Assembly: GCA_965248575.1 (NCBI GenBank)
Contig: CBDFJQ010000002.1
Coordinates: 544,001-608,000 of the forward strand
Direction of reading: 5' to 3'
Length of the DNA: 64,000 nucleotides
Origin: Planctomycetota bacterium
GTDB taxonomy: Bacteria > Planctomycetota > B15-G4
Below are positions 49,062 through 59,077 of this stretch, in pieces (the first letter of the stretch is position 1; each line of letters begins with the position of its first letter). The notes under the pieces were generated by a model, which was not told the DNA's origin, searched no databases, and saw only the letters and a program-made list of their open reading frames with translations. Position numbers and translations under genes: made by a program.

Positions 49062-50765
49062 ATGGTCCGCGCCGCTGCAGCAGTTCTTGTCTGTCTGTCT
49101 GTCCTGATGTCTGCCCCGCTCAACACGGTCGCAGCACAGGTCTCGCCGCCGAACCTCAACACGGTGAAGCTGGCCCAGCTCGATCAGCACCTGAACTACA
49201 ACGACGTGTGGGGCTACACCGCGCCCGACGGCCGCGAGTACGCCTGCGTGGGCACGAGTGCCGGTGTCGCCATCGTGAACGCCACGGACCCCTTGGCTCC
49301 CTATGAGGTGGGCTTCTTTCCCGGCGCCTTCTGCACCTGGCGCGACCTCAAGACCTTCAACGACTTCCTCTACGTGGTGAATGACTGTGTCGGGGGCGTG
49401 GATGTCTTTGACCTCTCCGACCCCGAGAACCCCGCCTTCGTGAATACATTCGGCGCGCAGTACATGAACCACGCGCACAATGTGGCCATCGACACGGACA
49501 CCGGCATCCTCTACGCCGCGGGCACTCAGAACGGCATGCACGTGTTCAACCTGAACACGAACCCCATCAACCCCCCGCGCATCGACCTGTGGGGGTCGCA
49601 GTATGTGCACGATGTGTCGGTGCAGGATGGTGTGGCGCACGCGGCCTTGATCTATGCCGGGGACTACCGGGTGCTGGACGTGTCCAATCCGAACAACGTC
49701 TCGACCATGGCCAATGTGTCCACGGGCGCGAACTTCGCCCACGCTACCTGGCCCAATGCGGACAACACGGTGCTTGCGGCGGCCGATGAGAAGGCCGCCT
49801 TGCGTCACCTGACCTTCTTCGACATCACGAACCAGCTGAACCCGATCGTGGCGTCGCGCTACACCGAGGACAGCAAATCCATCCCGCACAACCCCTTCAT
49901 CCGCGGCGACATCTGCCACGTGTCCTGGTACACAGAGGGCTACATCGCGGTGGACGTGAGCGATCCCTACAACCCGGTCAAGGTGGGGCGCTTCGACACC
50001 CAGCCCGCCACACCTTCGGGTGGCCAGTCGGGCTTCGATGGTGCCTGGGGTTGCTACCCCTTCTCTCCTTCGGGCGTGGTCTACATCTCCGACCGTCAAC
50101 GGGGCTTGTTCCTGCTGAGCTTCAACGAGTGCTCGGTGGACCTGCCCATCCAGGCGCAGCCGCAGGTCTGCAAGGTCTGGCCGCCGTCGGTTTCGGCGCT
50201 CGACAGCCCGCGCCAGCGGGTCATCATCACCGGGCGGGGTTTCACCACCGCAACGCAGGTGACCGTCGGGGGCACGACCATCGGTTCGGCGGACTTCAAC
50301 CGCATGGGCGACCAGCTGATCGAGTTCCGCATGCCGCTGGTCTCGGCCTTGGGCATGAACGACATCACCGTGACGAACGCCTCGGGTGCCTCGCTGCCGA
50401 TCCAGGTGGAAGTGACGTTGCCCGATGGACCGATCCTCGACACCGGGGATGAGCAGCAGGGTGTCGGAGATTCCTTCCTCGTGGCCTTCGGTAGCGACCA
50501 GCCGGGTGATTTGTTCTACCCCGTCGCGTCGCTTTCGCCGCTGCCGTCCATCGCCCCGGAAGTCGCCTTCGGGATTGGCAACAGCTTCACCCAGCTCACC
50601 TGGTTGCCTGGCAAGGTGGCCAACTCGGCTGGCGTGAGCAGCTTCCCCGTGACGGTACCGCCGAGCGCTCTCGGGCTCACGGTGTTCTGGCAGGTGGCCG
50701 TGGTCGACCCGCAGCAGGGTGTGCCAGCTTCGGTCACCGCGGTGGAGTTCACCACCATCAACTGA
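49062..50765 (+). CDS. Choice-of-anchor B family (LVIVD-repeat) protein with IPT/TIG domain and shared C-terminal domain
   Basis: Signal peptide; YNDVWGY..PDGREYA, WRDLK, AHNV, YVHD, HNPFI, GAWGCYPF.PSG; IITGRGF...VTVGG (IPT/TIG). Confidence 0.85.
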   Translation: MVRAAAAVLVCLSVLMSAPLNTVAAQVSPPNLNTVKLAQLDQHLNYNDVWGYTAPDGREYACVGTSAGVAIVNATDPLAPYEVGFFPGAFCTWRDLKTFNDFLYVVNDCVGGVDVFDLSDPENPAFVNTFGAQYMNHAHNVAIDTDTGILYAAGTQNGMHVFNLNTNPINPPRIDLWGSQYVHDVSVQDGVAHAALIYAGDYRVLDVSNPNNVSTMANVSTGANFAHATWPNADNTVLAAADEKAALRHLTFFDITNQLNPIVASRYTEDSKSIPHNPFIRGDICHVSWYTEGYIAVDVSDPYNPVKVGRFDTQPATPSGGQSGFDGAWGCYPFSPSGVVYISDRQRGLFLLSFNECSVDLPIQAQPQVCKVWPPSVSALDSPRQRVIITGRGFTTATQVTVGGTTIGSADFNRMGDQLIEFRMPLVSALGMNDITVTNASGASLPIQVEVTLPDGPILDTGDEQQGVGDSFLVAFGSDQPGDLFYPVASLSPLPSIAPEVAFGIGNSFTQLTWLPGKVANSAGVSSFPVTVPPSALGLTVFWQVAVVDPQQGVPASVTAVEFTTIN

Positions 50766-50780
50766 GGCGAGCGGCCGGGC

Positions 50781-51905
50781 TCAGTAGCCTGCCTTCCTGT
50801 CCACGACGTTCAGCAGCGCCTCGCCGTTTGCGAAGCGGCGCAGGTTCTCCAGCAGCAGCGCGTCGCGTCGTTCCACAGTGAGCTCGGCGCGGCCTGCTGC
50901 GTGGGGCGTGATGACCACGTCGTCGCGCGCCCACAGCGCATGGCCGTCGGGCAGGGGTTCGGGGTCCGTGACATCCAGGCCGGCGCCTGCGAGATGGCCT
51001 GACTCGAGGGCCTGTAGCAGCGCCTCAGTCTCCACGATGCCTCCGCGGGCGATGTTCACGAGATAGGCTCCGGGCTTGAGCAGGGCCAGGCGTCGCGCGT
51101 CGAACAGCCCTGCCGTCTCGTCCGTGAGCGGCAGGCACACCACCAGCACGTCGGTCTCGGCCAGGAAGCGCTCCAGATCGTCTGCCGTGCCCAACTCATC
51201 GACGAAGCTGGGAGCAGGGCGTGGGCTGCGCACCGTGCCCAGGACGCGCATGTCGAACGCGTGGGCGCGGCGTGCCACCTGGCTGCCGATACCACCCATG
51301 CCAGCCACCAGCAGCGTGCGCCCGGAGAGGGAGGTGGGGGCCTGGGCGGCACCGCGGTCCCAGGTGCCCTGGGCTTGAGCGGCCCCATAGGGCCCTAGCC
51401 CGCGCGTGAGGTGCAGCAGCAGGGCGAACACGTGCTCGGCGATGACGGGGCCATGCACGCCCTGCGCGTTGGTGAAGACAAGACCCTCGCGCTCAGCCAA
51501 GCCGGGGACAGCCAGGTAGCGCTCCACACCCGCGCTCCAGGCCTGCACCCAGGCCAGCTGGGGTGCTGCGTCCAAGAAAGCCTCGGAGATCAGATGCGCA
51601 TCGGCGGCATGAGCCCGGGGCGCGTACTCCACGGCTGTCTCCCGATCGAGCCCTGCCAGGATCTCGACGTTGGGCGCAGCTGCGCGACGCGCAGCCAAAT
51701 CGTCCTCGCTGAGTTGGCCAGCAAGATAGACGAGCTGGCCGGCCACCAGACTGGGATCCAGCGCGACCCGGGAGCCCTCTTGCTGGCTGAGCTGAGGGGG
51801 GGCCTCGGCGTGCGGAAGACCGCAGGCGCAAAGAGTGAAGAAGAGCACGACGGCCGCAAGCAGGGGAGCGTCGCGGTGGGGTCGCAGGGGGCGCACGGAG
51901 GACAT
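50781..51905 (-). CDS. D-2-hydroxyacid dehydrogenase family protein
   Basis: GMGGIG Rossmann motif, PLTDET, NIARG, DVTDPEP, TPHAAG. Confidence 0.92.
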   Translation of the reverse strand: MSSVRPLRPHRDAPLLAAVVLFFTLCACGLPHAEAPPQLSQQEGSRVALDPSLVAGQLVYLAGQLSEDDLAARRAAAPNVEILAGLDRETAVEYAPRAHAADAHLISEAFLDAAPQLAWVQAWSAGVERYLAVPGLAEREGLVFTNAQGVHGPVIAEHVFALLLHLTRGLGPYGAAQAQGTWDRGAAQAPTSLSGRTLLVAGMGGIGSQVARRAHAFDMRVLGTVRSPRPAPSFVDELGTADDLERFLAETDVLVVCLPLTDETAGLFDARRLALLKPGAYLVNIARGGIVETEALLQALESGHLAGAGLDVTDPEPLPDGHALWARDDVVITPHAAGRAELTVERRDALLLENLRRFANGEALLNVVDRKAGY

Positions 51906-51977
51906 GGGAGGGGCTCGCCGGCTGGGGGGGGTGGGGTGCGCGGAAACGAGGCACCCCCGAGCCGGCACGGAGCGCGC

Positions 51978-52055
51978 TGGGGTGAGTGAGGGGGATCGAA
52001 CCCCCGACCTCCAGAACCACAATCTGGCGCTCTAACCAACTGAGCTACACTCACC
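51978..52055 (-). tRNA. tRNA-His (anticodon GTG)
   Basis: G-1 paired with C73; CCAGA-TTGTGGT-TCTGG; GGTTCGATCC; encoded CCA. Confidence 0.96.
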
Positions 52056-52176
52056 ATCCGCGCAACGCGTGCGGGAGTCGTTCGAAGCCAGGGCCCCGAG
52101 GCGACGCGGGGAGACTACCCGGTGCAACCCCGCGACTCAAGATGGGGGACTCAAGACCCCAGCTCAGGACCTCTGT

Positions 52177-53367
52177 TCAAGGGGCCGGCTTGCCGACCAG
52201 GCTGCGGCCGATGATCAGGCGGTGGATGTGGTTGGTGCCCTCGTAGATGCGCAGTCCCTGGATGTCGCGGTAGTGGCGCTCCACGGAGTGGCCGCTGCCG
52301 TATCCCCTGTTGCCGAGCAGCAGGACGGCCTTGTCGGCGGCCCGCTGGGCAGCCTCGGTAGCGAAGAGCTTTGCGGAGGAGGTGAGGCGGGTCACGTCCG
52401 AGGCGCCTGCGTCGGCAGCCCGGGCGGCACGGGCCACCAGGGCGGAGGCGGCCTCCATCTCGGAGAACATGTCCGCGAGGTCGGCCTGCACCATCTGGAA
52501 GTCCCCGATGCGTTGCCCGAACTGCCGCCGCTCCTGGGCGTGAGCCACCGCTTCGGCGAGACAGGCCTGCCCGATGCCCACCGCACCCGCGGCGACCCCG
52601 AGCCGGCCATGGTCCAGAGCAGACATGGCGATCTTGAAACCCTGGCCCACGGCCCCGAGGCGCTGCTCCTCTGGGACGCGCAGTCCGCTGAGCTGCAGCC
52701 GCGCATGGTCCGAGGCCCGGTGGCCCAGGGGTTCGACGCCCAGGGGCAGCGCCTCGAATCCCGGGCTCGGGAGCTCCACCACGAAGGCGGTGAGTTCGGC
52801 GCGGCCTCCCGCTTCATTGGTGCGGGCGAAGATCAGGGCGAGGTCTGCCACGCCCGCGTTGGTGATCCAGGTCTTGCTGCCATCGATGACCCAGTGCGCC
52901 CCATCCTGTCGTGCGCGGGTGGCGATGGCCGACACATCACTGCCCGCGCCCTCTTCGGTGAGGCCGTAACAGCCAATGCGCTCGCCGCTGGCAAGCGATG
53001 GAAGCCAGCGTTCCTTCTGCGCCTCGCTGCCATGATCTTCAAGGCATTGGGAGACGAGCCCGGTGTGCACGGCGAGGAAGCCTCGGGTCGAACTGCAAGC
53101 CCGTCCAATCTCCTCGTAGACTGCGATGAAGGTTTCGTTGTTCCAGCCACTGCCCCCGTGCGTGGTGGGCAGGGGCCCCGCCAGGAAACCCAGCTCGCCC
53201 ATGCGCGTGACAATGGAGCGTGGCAGTTCTCCCGCGCGGTCCCATTCGCCTGCCATGGGTGCGACGTCCTCGTGCGCGAAGCGGCGGGCCCGTTCGCGCA
53301 CCGACGCCATGAGTTGCGTTGTTGTCTGGTTTGAGGGCACGTTGCTGGAGTTGTCGGGCTGGCTCAT
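52177..53367 (-). CDS. Acyl-CoA dehydrogenase
   Basis: GLTEEGAGSD, GSKTWITNA, GQGFKIAM..LDHGR, RRQFGQRI, catalytic Glu in IYEGT. Confidence 0.95.
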   Translation of the reverse strand: MSQPDNSSNVPSNQTTTQLMASVRERARRFAHEDVAPMAGEWDRAGELPRSIVTRMGELGFLAGPLPTTHGGSGWNNETFIAVYEEIGRACSSTRGFLAVHTGLVSQCLEDHGSEAQKERWLPSLASGERIGCYGLTEEGAGSDVSAIATRARQDGAHWVIDGSKTWITNAGVADLALIFARTNEAGGRAELTAFVVELPSPGFEALPLGVEPLGHRASDHARLQLSGLRVPEEQRLGAVGQGFKIAMSALDHGRLGVAAGAVGIGQACLAEAVAHAQERRQFGQRIGDFQMVQADLADMFSEMEAASALVARAARAADAGASDVTRLTSSAKLFATEAAQRAADKAVLLLGNRGYGSGHSVERHYRDIQGLRIYEGTNHIHRLIIGRSLVGKPAP

Positions 53368-53368
53368 G

Positions 53369-53737
53369 TCAGTGAGGCTGCGAGTCGTTGGCTGAAGAGG
53401 AGGGTGCCCGCGGGTGGCGCGGCGAGACCAGCCGCTCCACCACTTCGCCCTTCACCAACGTGCGATCCACGATCTCGTCCACGTCGGCCAGGGTGATGCC
53501 GCGATACCAGATCCCTTCCGGATAGAGCACCGCCGCGACCCCCTCTTCACAGGCGTCCAGGCAGCCCGCTTTGTTGACCCGGATGCGTCCCTTGAGACCC
53601 TTGTCATAGGCCTTTACCTTGAGCGCCTTGGCAATCTGCTCGGAGCCCTTGCCGGCGCAGCAACCGCGGGGGTGCCCTTCGCCGCGCGCGTTGATGCACA
53701 CGAAGAGGTGGCGTTCGAATCGGGCTTCGGTGCTCAT
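53369..53737 (-). CDS. Thioredoxin-like (2Fe-2S) ferredoxin
   Basis: HLFVC...GCC...GCLDAC..G...YPEGIWY. Confidence 0.92.
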   Translation of the reverse strand: MSTEARFERHLFVCINARGEGHPRGCCAGKGSEQIAKALKVKAYDKGLKGRIRVNKAGCLDACEEGVAAVLYPEGIWYRGITLADVDEIVDRTLVKGEVVERLVSPRHPRAPSSSANDSQPH

Positions 53738-54540
53738 GAGCGGCGGGTCTCACCCGAGAATCGGGGGGATTCCTTCTTCACGAAGGCCTCGTGGAAGGTG
53801 CGATGGTCCACGCCGCGCAAGTGCACCGCTTGCACTTGCGCCTCGAGTTCGATGGCCTCGTCCAAGCCCAGGGCCCACTCTTCATTCAGGCAGCGCTTGG
53901 TGGTCGCGAGGGCTGCGAGAGGCCCTCGTGCCAGGCGTTGCCCGAGGGCCATGGCGGTGGGCAGGCACTCGTTGTCCGGCACGATCTGGTTGGCGAGGCC
54001 ATAGCGCTCGGCCGTCACCGCGTCGATCGCGTTGCCCAGCATCAGCAGTTCGCTGGCTCGTCCGAGCCCCACGACCCGTGGCAACAGGTAGGCAGCGCCC
54101 ATGTCGGCACCCGTCAGCCCGACGTTCGTGAACAGGAAGGCGATCTTGGCACGCGTGGCGAAGACTCGCAGGTCGGACGCCAGGGCGATCACGGCACCGG
54201 CCCCGGCTGCCATGCCGTTGACGGCCGCGACGATAGGCTTCTCGAGCTTTCGCATGTTGGCGATGAGCTCGCCAGTCATGCGCGTGAACTTCAGCACCTC
54301 CTCTTCGGAGCGGCCGAAGAGCTGACCGATGATGTCGTGCACATCACCGCCTGAACAGAACGCCTTGCCACTGCCGGTGATGACGACGGCGTGGACGTCG
54401 TCGTCCGTCACCATGGTGGCGAAGCGGTCGGTGAGTTCCCGATAGACCTCAAAGGTCAGGGCGTTGTAGCGCTCCGGCCTGTCGAGGGTGATCAGTGCGA
54501 CGCCGTCGTCGTCGATGCTCTCGTGGAAGGTTTCAGCCAT
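53734..54540 (-). CDS. Enoyl-CoA hydratase/crotonase family protein (non-canonical active site)
   Basis: FCSGGDV, AAVNGMAAGAG, GADMGAAYLLPRVVG. Confidence 0.9.
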   Translation of the reverse strand: MAETFHESIDDDGVALITLDRPERYNALTFEVYRELTDRFATMVTDDDVHAVVITGSGKAFCSGGDVHDIIGQLFGRSEEEVLKFTRMTGELIANMRKLEKPIVAAVNGMAAGAGAVIALASDLRVFATRAKIAFLFTNVGLTGADMGAAYLLPRVVGLGRASELLMLGNAIDAVTAERYGLANQIVPDNECLPTAMALGQRLARGPLAALATTKRCLNEEWALGLDEAIELEAQVQAVHLRGVDHRTFHEAFVKKESPRFSGETRRS

Positions 54541-54603
54541 GGGCGGGATCCTACCTTGGCTCTCGCGCAACGTTCCACCTGACAGGGTGAAGGGACGGGC
54601 GAT

Positions 54604-55416
54604 CTAGTCGTCGAAGAAACGAACCGCGCGCCCATGAGATCTGCTGGGCTCCTCGCACAGGAGTGCGCAGACCTCTTGGGCCACGTCCTCGGGGCTCAGG
54701 AGACGCCCTCCCGGGTTCATGGCTGCCAGACGACCCTTGGCGGCCTCCAGGTCCAGCCCGCTGCTCTGGGCGATGCGCTGGGCGGACTGCGCCACGATGT
54801 CGGTGTCTACAAAGCCAGGGCAGACGGCATTGATGCTCAGGTCGGCGTCTTTCCAGCGCGCTTGGGCCTCGGCCGAGAGGGCGCGCGTGAGACCGAGCAA
54901 GGCGTGCTTGCTGGCAACATAGGCACTCGTGTAGGCGTAGCCCTCCAGCGCGGCCGTGGAGGCTACGTTCACCATGCGCCCCCAGCCCCGCTCCGCCATG
55001 GCTGGCAAGGCCGCGCGCGCGAGTGCAAAGGGCGCGAAGAGGTTCAGGTCGAGGGTGTCGTCAAACAGGTCATCGTCCGTGCGTTCCAGGGGCACCGAGG
55101 GGGCGCTGCCGGCGTTGTTCACGAGCAAGTCGGCGGCTGTAGCGACCGTGCAGGCGAGTTCGTCGACCTGCTCCCGATCGAGCAGGTCCACCACTTCGCA
55201 GGACACGCTCGAGGCTCCGGCCGTTTGTGCCTCGGCCTTGACGGCAGCCAACTGCTCTTCGCTGCGGGCGACCAAGGTCAGGGCAGCCCCGCGCTGGGCG
55301 AGCGCCAGGGAGATGGCACGCCCGATGCCGCGGCCCGCCCCCGTGATCAGCGCGTGGCGTCCGCTGAGGTCGGAGGTCGGTTCGCGAGTGTGGTCGGAAG
55401 AGGCGGGCGTGGTCAC
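54604..55416 (-). CDS. SDR family NAD(P)-dependent oxidoreductase
   Basis: TGAGRGIG, NNAG, YVASK, CPGFVDT; start set at GTG 55416. Confidence 0.92.
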   Translation of the reverse strand: MTTPASSDHTREPTSDLSGRHALITGAGRGIGRAISLALAQRGAALTLVARSEEQLAAVKAEAQTAGASSVSCEVVDLLDREQVDELACTVATAADLLVNNAGSAPSVPLERTDDDLFDDTLDLNLFAPFALARAALPAMAERGWGRMVNVASTAALEGYAYTSAYVASKHALLGLTRALSAEAQARWKDADLSINAVCPGFVDTDIVAQSAQRIAQSSGLDLEAAKGRLAAMNPGGRLLSPEDVAQEVCALLCEEPSRSHGRAVRFFDD

Positions 55417-55424
55417 GGGAGGGC

Positions 55425-55691
55425 TCAGCTGAGCGGAGTCGAGGGGGGGGCGGTGCGAGGCGTTGCGGGCGCGTGGGTTGAGCTGGACTCTGGATACGCA
55501 AAGTCCACCAGAGCGGGGGCGCCGCGCAAGAGGATCAGTCCCACGAAACCCTGGATGGCCTGCCAGAACAGGATCCCGAAGCGCAGGTCGATGGGGCCAA
55601 AGAGCGACGCCAGCACCGTGTTGACGGTGGTCCAAAGCATCCAAAGGCCCAGAAGTCGGACGGCCAAGGCGAACAGGTCTCGTGCGGTCAT
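55425..55691 (-). CDS. Hypothetical small membrane protein (2 TM)
   Basis: MTARDLFALAVRLLGLWML...GLILLRGAPALVDFAYP; RBS-like GAGGA upstream. Confidence 0.7.
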   Translation of the reverse strand: MTARDLFALAVRLLGLWMLWTTVNTVLASLFGPIDLRFGILFWQAIQGFVGLILLRGAPALVDFAYPESSSTHAPATPRTAPPSTPLS

Positions 55692-55720
55692 GAGTGGTTC
55701 CTCTGGGACGGATGGTTTGG

Positions 55721-56956
55721 TCAGGGGTCAGCCACAGGCGGCGGCTGGGTGAGGTCCTTGAAGCGAGCCAGGACTTCCTGGGCTTCCTCATGCCTTCCCA
55801 GGCGCACCATCAGCCGGCCCAGCAGATACAGGGCCTTGGTGAGGTTGGGATCGAGCTGGCTCGCCTTGCGCAGGTGCGCCTCTGCGGCCTCGTGCTGATC
55901 GAGGCCCATGAGCACCTCTCCCATGAGCAAGGACGTCTGTGCCGTGGCGAGGCCGCTGCTGTTGCACAGCGCCAACCAGTCTTGCGCTGCGTCCAAGTGC
56001 CCTTCATCCAAGGCGAGCTTGGCGAGCGCCAGGGCGCTCCGCGCGTGGCCCGGATCCACTGCGAGCGCAGACTCCAGGGCCTCCTTGGCCGCATCGAGAT
56101 CTTGGCCGGCGACCAGGCAGCGGCCCGTCCAGTAGTGCCGTTCGAGCTTCCGGTCGTCTGCAGCGAAGCGTTCGCGGATGAGCTCTCTCGTTTCCGCGAG
56201 GCGGAAGCACATGAGCTGGGATTCCAGCAGCAGCTCGGCCAGGGCGTCGTCCGCGGGGGTCTTCAGCAACGCGGCGGCATACTTGTCGGCGGCCAGCTCG
56301 ATCGTGGACTCGCCCAGCCGCCGGTAGCCGTCCCCTTGCAGGCGCAGGATTTCCGCCCCGAGTCGCCTGCCCAATTCAGCTTGGACCGCCTCCAGCCGCT
56401 CGGCGTTCTTGAGAGCCTTGCCGAAGCGCTGGCTGCTCATGTTGGCGCGGACCAAGGCAGCCCAGGCCTCCACGGCGCGTTCGTTCATACGCGTGGCTTG
56501 GCGGAAGGCCTCCTGAGCCACGTCGAGGTTTCCCGCCTGCAGCGCGAGCCGGCCCTTGAGAATCTCCAGGCGAAAGCTGGCGCTGGGCTTTGGGTTCCCT
56601 GGACTGCTGGCGCGCTGGGCCAGAGCTGCCGCCTCGGCCGTGGAGCCGGCATCCATCAGGCAGAGCCCGAGCAGGCCCAGGTAGTCGCCGTCCCCGGCGT
56701 GCGTCTTGAGCTGCGCCTGCAGGAGCGCAGCCGCCTCGCCCGCTCTTCCGCCACGCCGCAGTTGGCGCGCCTGGTCAAAGGTGTCGTCGGTGACGGCGCG
56801 TGCAGCAGCTGAGGGTGCCGCGTTCGTGTCAGACGCCCCAGCCGTTGTCGCCAACGCCAGAGTCGTCGTGCTGAACACCGCGACCCACAGGACGATGGCG
56901 GCCCGGAAGGCCAAGGCCGGCTGCCACGACGCTGTCTGGGGAGCGCAGTCGCTCAA
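55721..56956 (-). CDS. Exported tetratricopeptide-repeat protein
   Basis: Signal-like N-terminus, multiple TPR patterns; 4-nt overlap with the upstream CRTAC1 gene. Confidence 0.85.
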   Translation of the reverse strand: MSDCAPQTASWQPALAFRAAIVLWVAVFSTTTLALATTAGASDTNAAPSAAARAVTDDTFDQARQLRRGGRAGEAAALLQAQLKTHAGDGDYLGLLGLCLMDAGSTAEAAALAQRASSPGNPKPSASFRLEILKGRLALQAGNLDVAQEAFRQATRMNERAVEAWAALVRANMSSQRFGKALKNAERLEAVQAELGRRLGAEILRLQGDGYRRLGESTIELAADKYAAALLKTPADDALAELLLESQLMCFRLAETRELIRERFAADDRKLERHYWTGRCLVAGQDLDAAKEALESALAVDPGHARSALALAKLALDEGHLDAAQDWLALCNSSGLATAQTSLLMGEVLMGLDQHEAAEAHLRKASQLDPNLTKALYLLGRLMVRLGRHEEAQEVLARFKDLTQPPPVADP

Positions 56957-58950
56957 CGGCCTGCAGCCCCCGTGTCTCCGGGAACCTGACCGGGAACCTC
57001 GTCAACGATCCTCAGGCCCTGGGGACCAATCTCGAGCTGGATCCAGCGATCCAGGGCCAGAGGCGGAGCGGACAACACGTGCGGTTCCTCACCTGGCAGC
57101 CGGAGCTCGAGGCGGTCCACCCGGCTGATCTCTCCCAGGCCCACGTGGAAGCGCGGATCCTCCGTGGAGAGGAAGCTGCTGCCGACGGTGAGATCGCGGG
57201 TCCAGCTGCGGTCAGCGGCGTGCAGGGTGAGGCGCGCGCCCACCGGCATGGGGCCAGCCGGCCCAGCGCTGTCCGTCGTGGCCCGCCGGAGGGTGGCGCC
57301 GAACCAGTGGCCCTGCTTCGGGCTCCGGTTCCACAGGATCAAGGGGCTGTTCTCCAGGCGCGCGATCACGAGGTCGAGGCGCCCATCGTTGTCGAGGTCC
57401 ACCCGGGCCGAGCCCCGATGCGCACCGGGGGTGGCGAGTCCGGAGGCCTCGCTCACGTCGTCAAAAACGCCGGCCACCGAGGTGCCCCGAAAGAGGCTGT
57501 TGGGTTGGCGGAAAACCACGAGCTCTGGTGCGCACTGATCCATCTGTTCGAAGATGTGACCGTTGGCGCTGAACACATCGCTGAAGCCGTCATTGTCAAA
57601 GTCCGCGATGGAACATCCCCAACCCAGTTGGAACCAACTGGGGCGTCCAAGGCCTGCGCGGTGAGACATCTCCTCGAACCACGGGCCGGTGAGTGCGTTC
57701 GACTCGTTCCAGTAGAGCGAGTTGCTCTGTGTGGAGAAGTTGGTCACGAAGAACTCCGGCAGCGGGTCGTCATTGGCGTGGCCAACGGCCAAGCCCATGC
57801 CCGCCTCCATCTGCCCGGCGCGGCCACAGGCAACACCGGCCACGAGCGCTGTTTCGGTGTAGTGGCCGCTTCCGTCGTTCACGAACAGGTAATTCGCGAC
57901 AGAGTCGTTGGTGACGTAGAGGTCCAGGTCGCCGTCGTTGTCGATGTCGCTGAAGGTCGGCTGGAAGGCGTAGCTGGCCGCGGTGCTCAGCAGGCCCGTT
58001 TCGCCGGCACCCTCCTTGAGCGTGAAGTGGGGCGCACCTTGGTTGAGGAAGACCCGGTCAGCCTGGGGTGCCAGGCCTCGTGGCCCGCACGGGATCTCGC
58101 ACGACATCTGGCGACACCAGCCCTTCTTGTCCAGGCTCGCGAGGTCCTGCTCGCAGTAGTTGCAGAGGTAGAGGTCGAGGTCTCCATCGCCGTCGATGTC
58201 GGCGGCCGCAGCGCCCACCGACCAGTCCGCGTCGGCTCCGGCGATCCCTGGGTGCCGTGCGGTGACGTCGACGAAGCGTCCGTCGTCGTTGCGCAGCAGG
58301 GCATTGGGGCCCCAGTTGGTCAGCAGCAGATCGCTGTCGCCATCGCTGTCGTAGTCGAAGGCGAGGGCTCCGAATCCGTAACCGCGGTGATCCGCGCCGC
58401 GCTCCTGGGCGCATTCTTCGAAGCGGCCATCCCCGAGATTGCGGTACAGCCTGTTGGCGGCATCACCGCCCTGCTCAGTCCCGTCCCGGCCCTGGGGGAA
58501 GTAGAGGTCCATGAGGCCGTCTTGGTCCAAGTCGAGCACGGCGACACCCCGGCCGACGGTGTCGCGGAGGTAGGACTTTCCGCCCTCGCGATCCGGCCCC
58601 GAGAGGTCGGAATGGTCAATGCCCGAGGCCGCACCGCCCGCCACGAACCAGGGGCCGCTCTCGGGTGGTGTCGCCGGGCTGGCAGGGGGCAGATGTTCTC
58701 GCGAGGCGGAGGGTGGAGTCGCTGCCGAGCGCCCGGGCGATGTCGAGCTGCTGCTCTCCGCAGGCGCCGTCACGGCGGGCGAGGCGGGGGGCGGCTGCTC
58801 GCCACAGCTCACTAGCAAGCCGATGCCGAGCACGGCAAGGGTCAGGTGAACTAGACCACGGAGGAGGCTGCCGGGGAGGTCAGCGGGGAGCTCAGAAAGG
58901 CGCACCGCCCTCTGCCTACTGCGTGGCTGGATCTGAACACCTGTGACCAT
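56953..58950 (-). CDS. CRTAC1 family protein (FG-GAP repeats plus ASPIC/UnbV), second copy
   Basis: Lipobox LVSC; DLDQDGLMD, DYDSDGDSD, DIDGDGDLD, DIDNDGDLD, DFDNDGFSD, DLDNDGRLD; SFLSTEDPRFHVGLG. Confidence 0.9.
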   Translation of the reverse strand: MVTGVQIQPRSRQRAVRLSELPADLPGSLLRGLVHLTLAVLGIGLLVSCGEQPPPASPAVTAPAESSSSTSPGRSAATPPSASREHLPPASPATPPESGPWFVAGGAASGIDHSDLSGPDREGGKSYLRDTVGRGVAVLDLDQDGLMDLYFPQGRDGTEQGGDAANRLYRNLGDGRFEECAQERGADHRGYGFGALAFDYDSDGDSDLLLTNWGPNALLRNDDGRFVDVTARHPGIAGADADWSVGAAAADIDGDGDLDLYLCNYCEQDLASLDKKGWCRQMSCEIPCGPRGLAPQADRVFLNQGAPHFTLKEGAGETGLLSTAASYAFQPTFSDIDNDGDLDLYVTNDSVANYLFVNDGSGHYTETALVAGVACGRAGQMEAGMGLAVGHANDDPLPEFFVTNFSTQSNSLYWNESNALTGPWFEEMSHRAGLGRPSWFQLGWGCSIADFDNDGFSDVFSANGHIFEQMDQCAPELVVFRQPNSLFRGTSVAGVFDDVSEASGLATPGAHRGSARVDLDNDGRLDLVIARLENSPLILWNRSPKQGHWFGATLRRATTDSAGPAGPMPVGARLTLHAADRSWTRDLTVGSSFLSTEDPRFHVGLGEISRVDRLELRLPGEEPHVLSAPPLALDRWIQLEIGPQGLRIVDEVPGQVPGDTGAAGR

Positions 58951-59077
58951 TCCATGACCGTAACCCAGCCCGGGAGCCCATGGGAGCCCTCGCCCAAAGC
59001 GTCCGCCGAACCCTGAGTCGATCGGCCCGAGCTGCACCGGAGAACCGGTTGAGGTCCGCTCGTCGAGCAGGGGAGGT

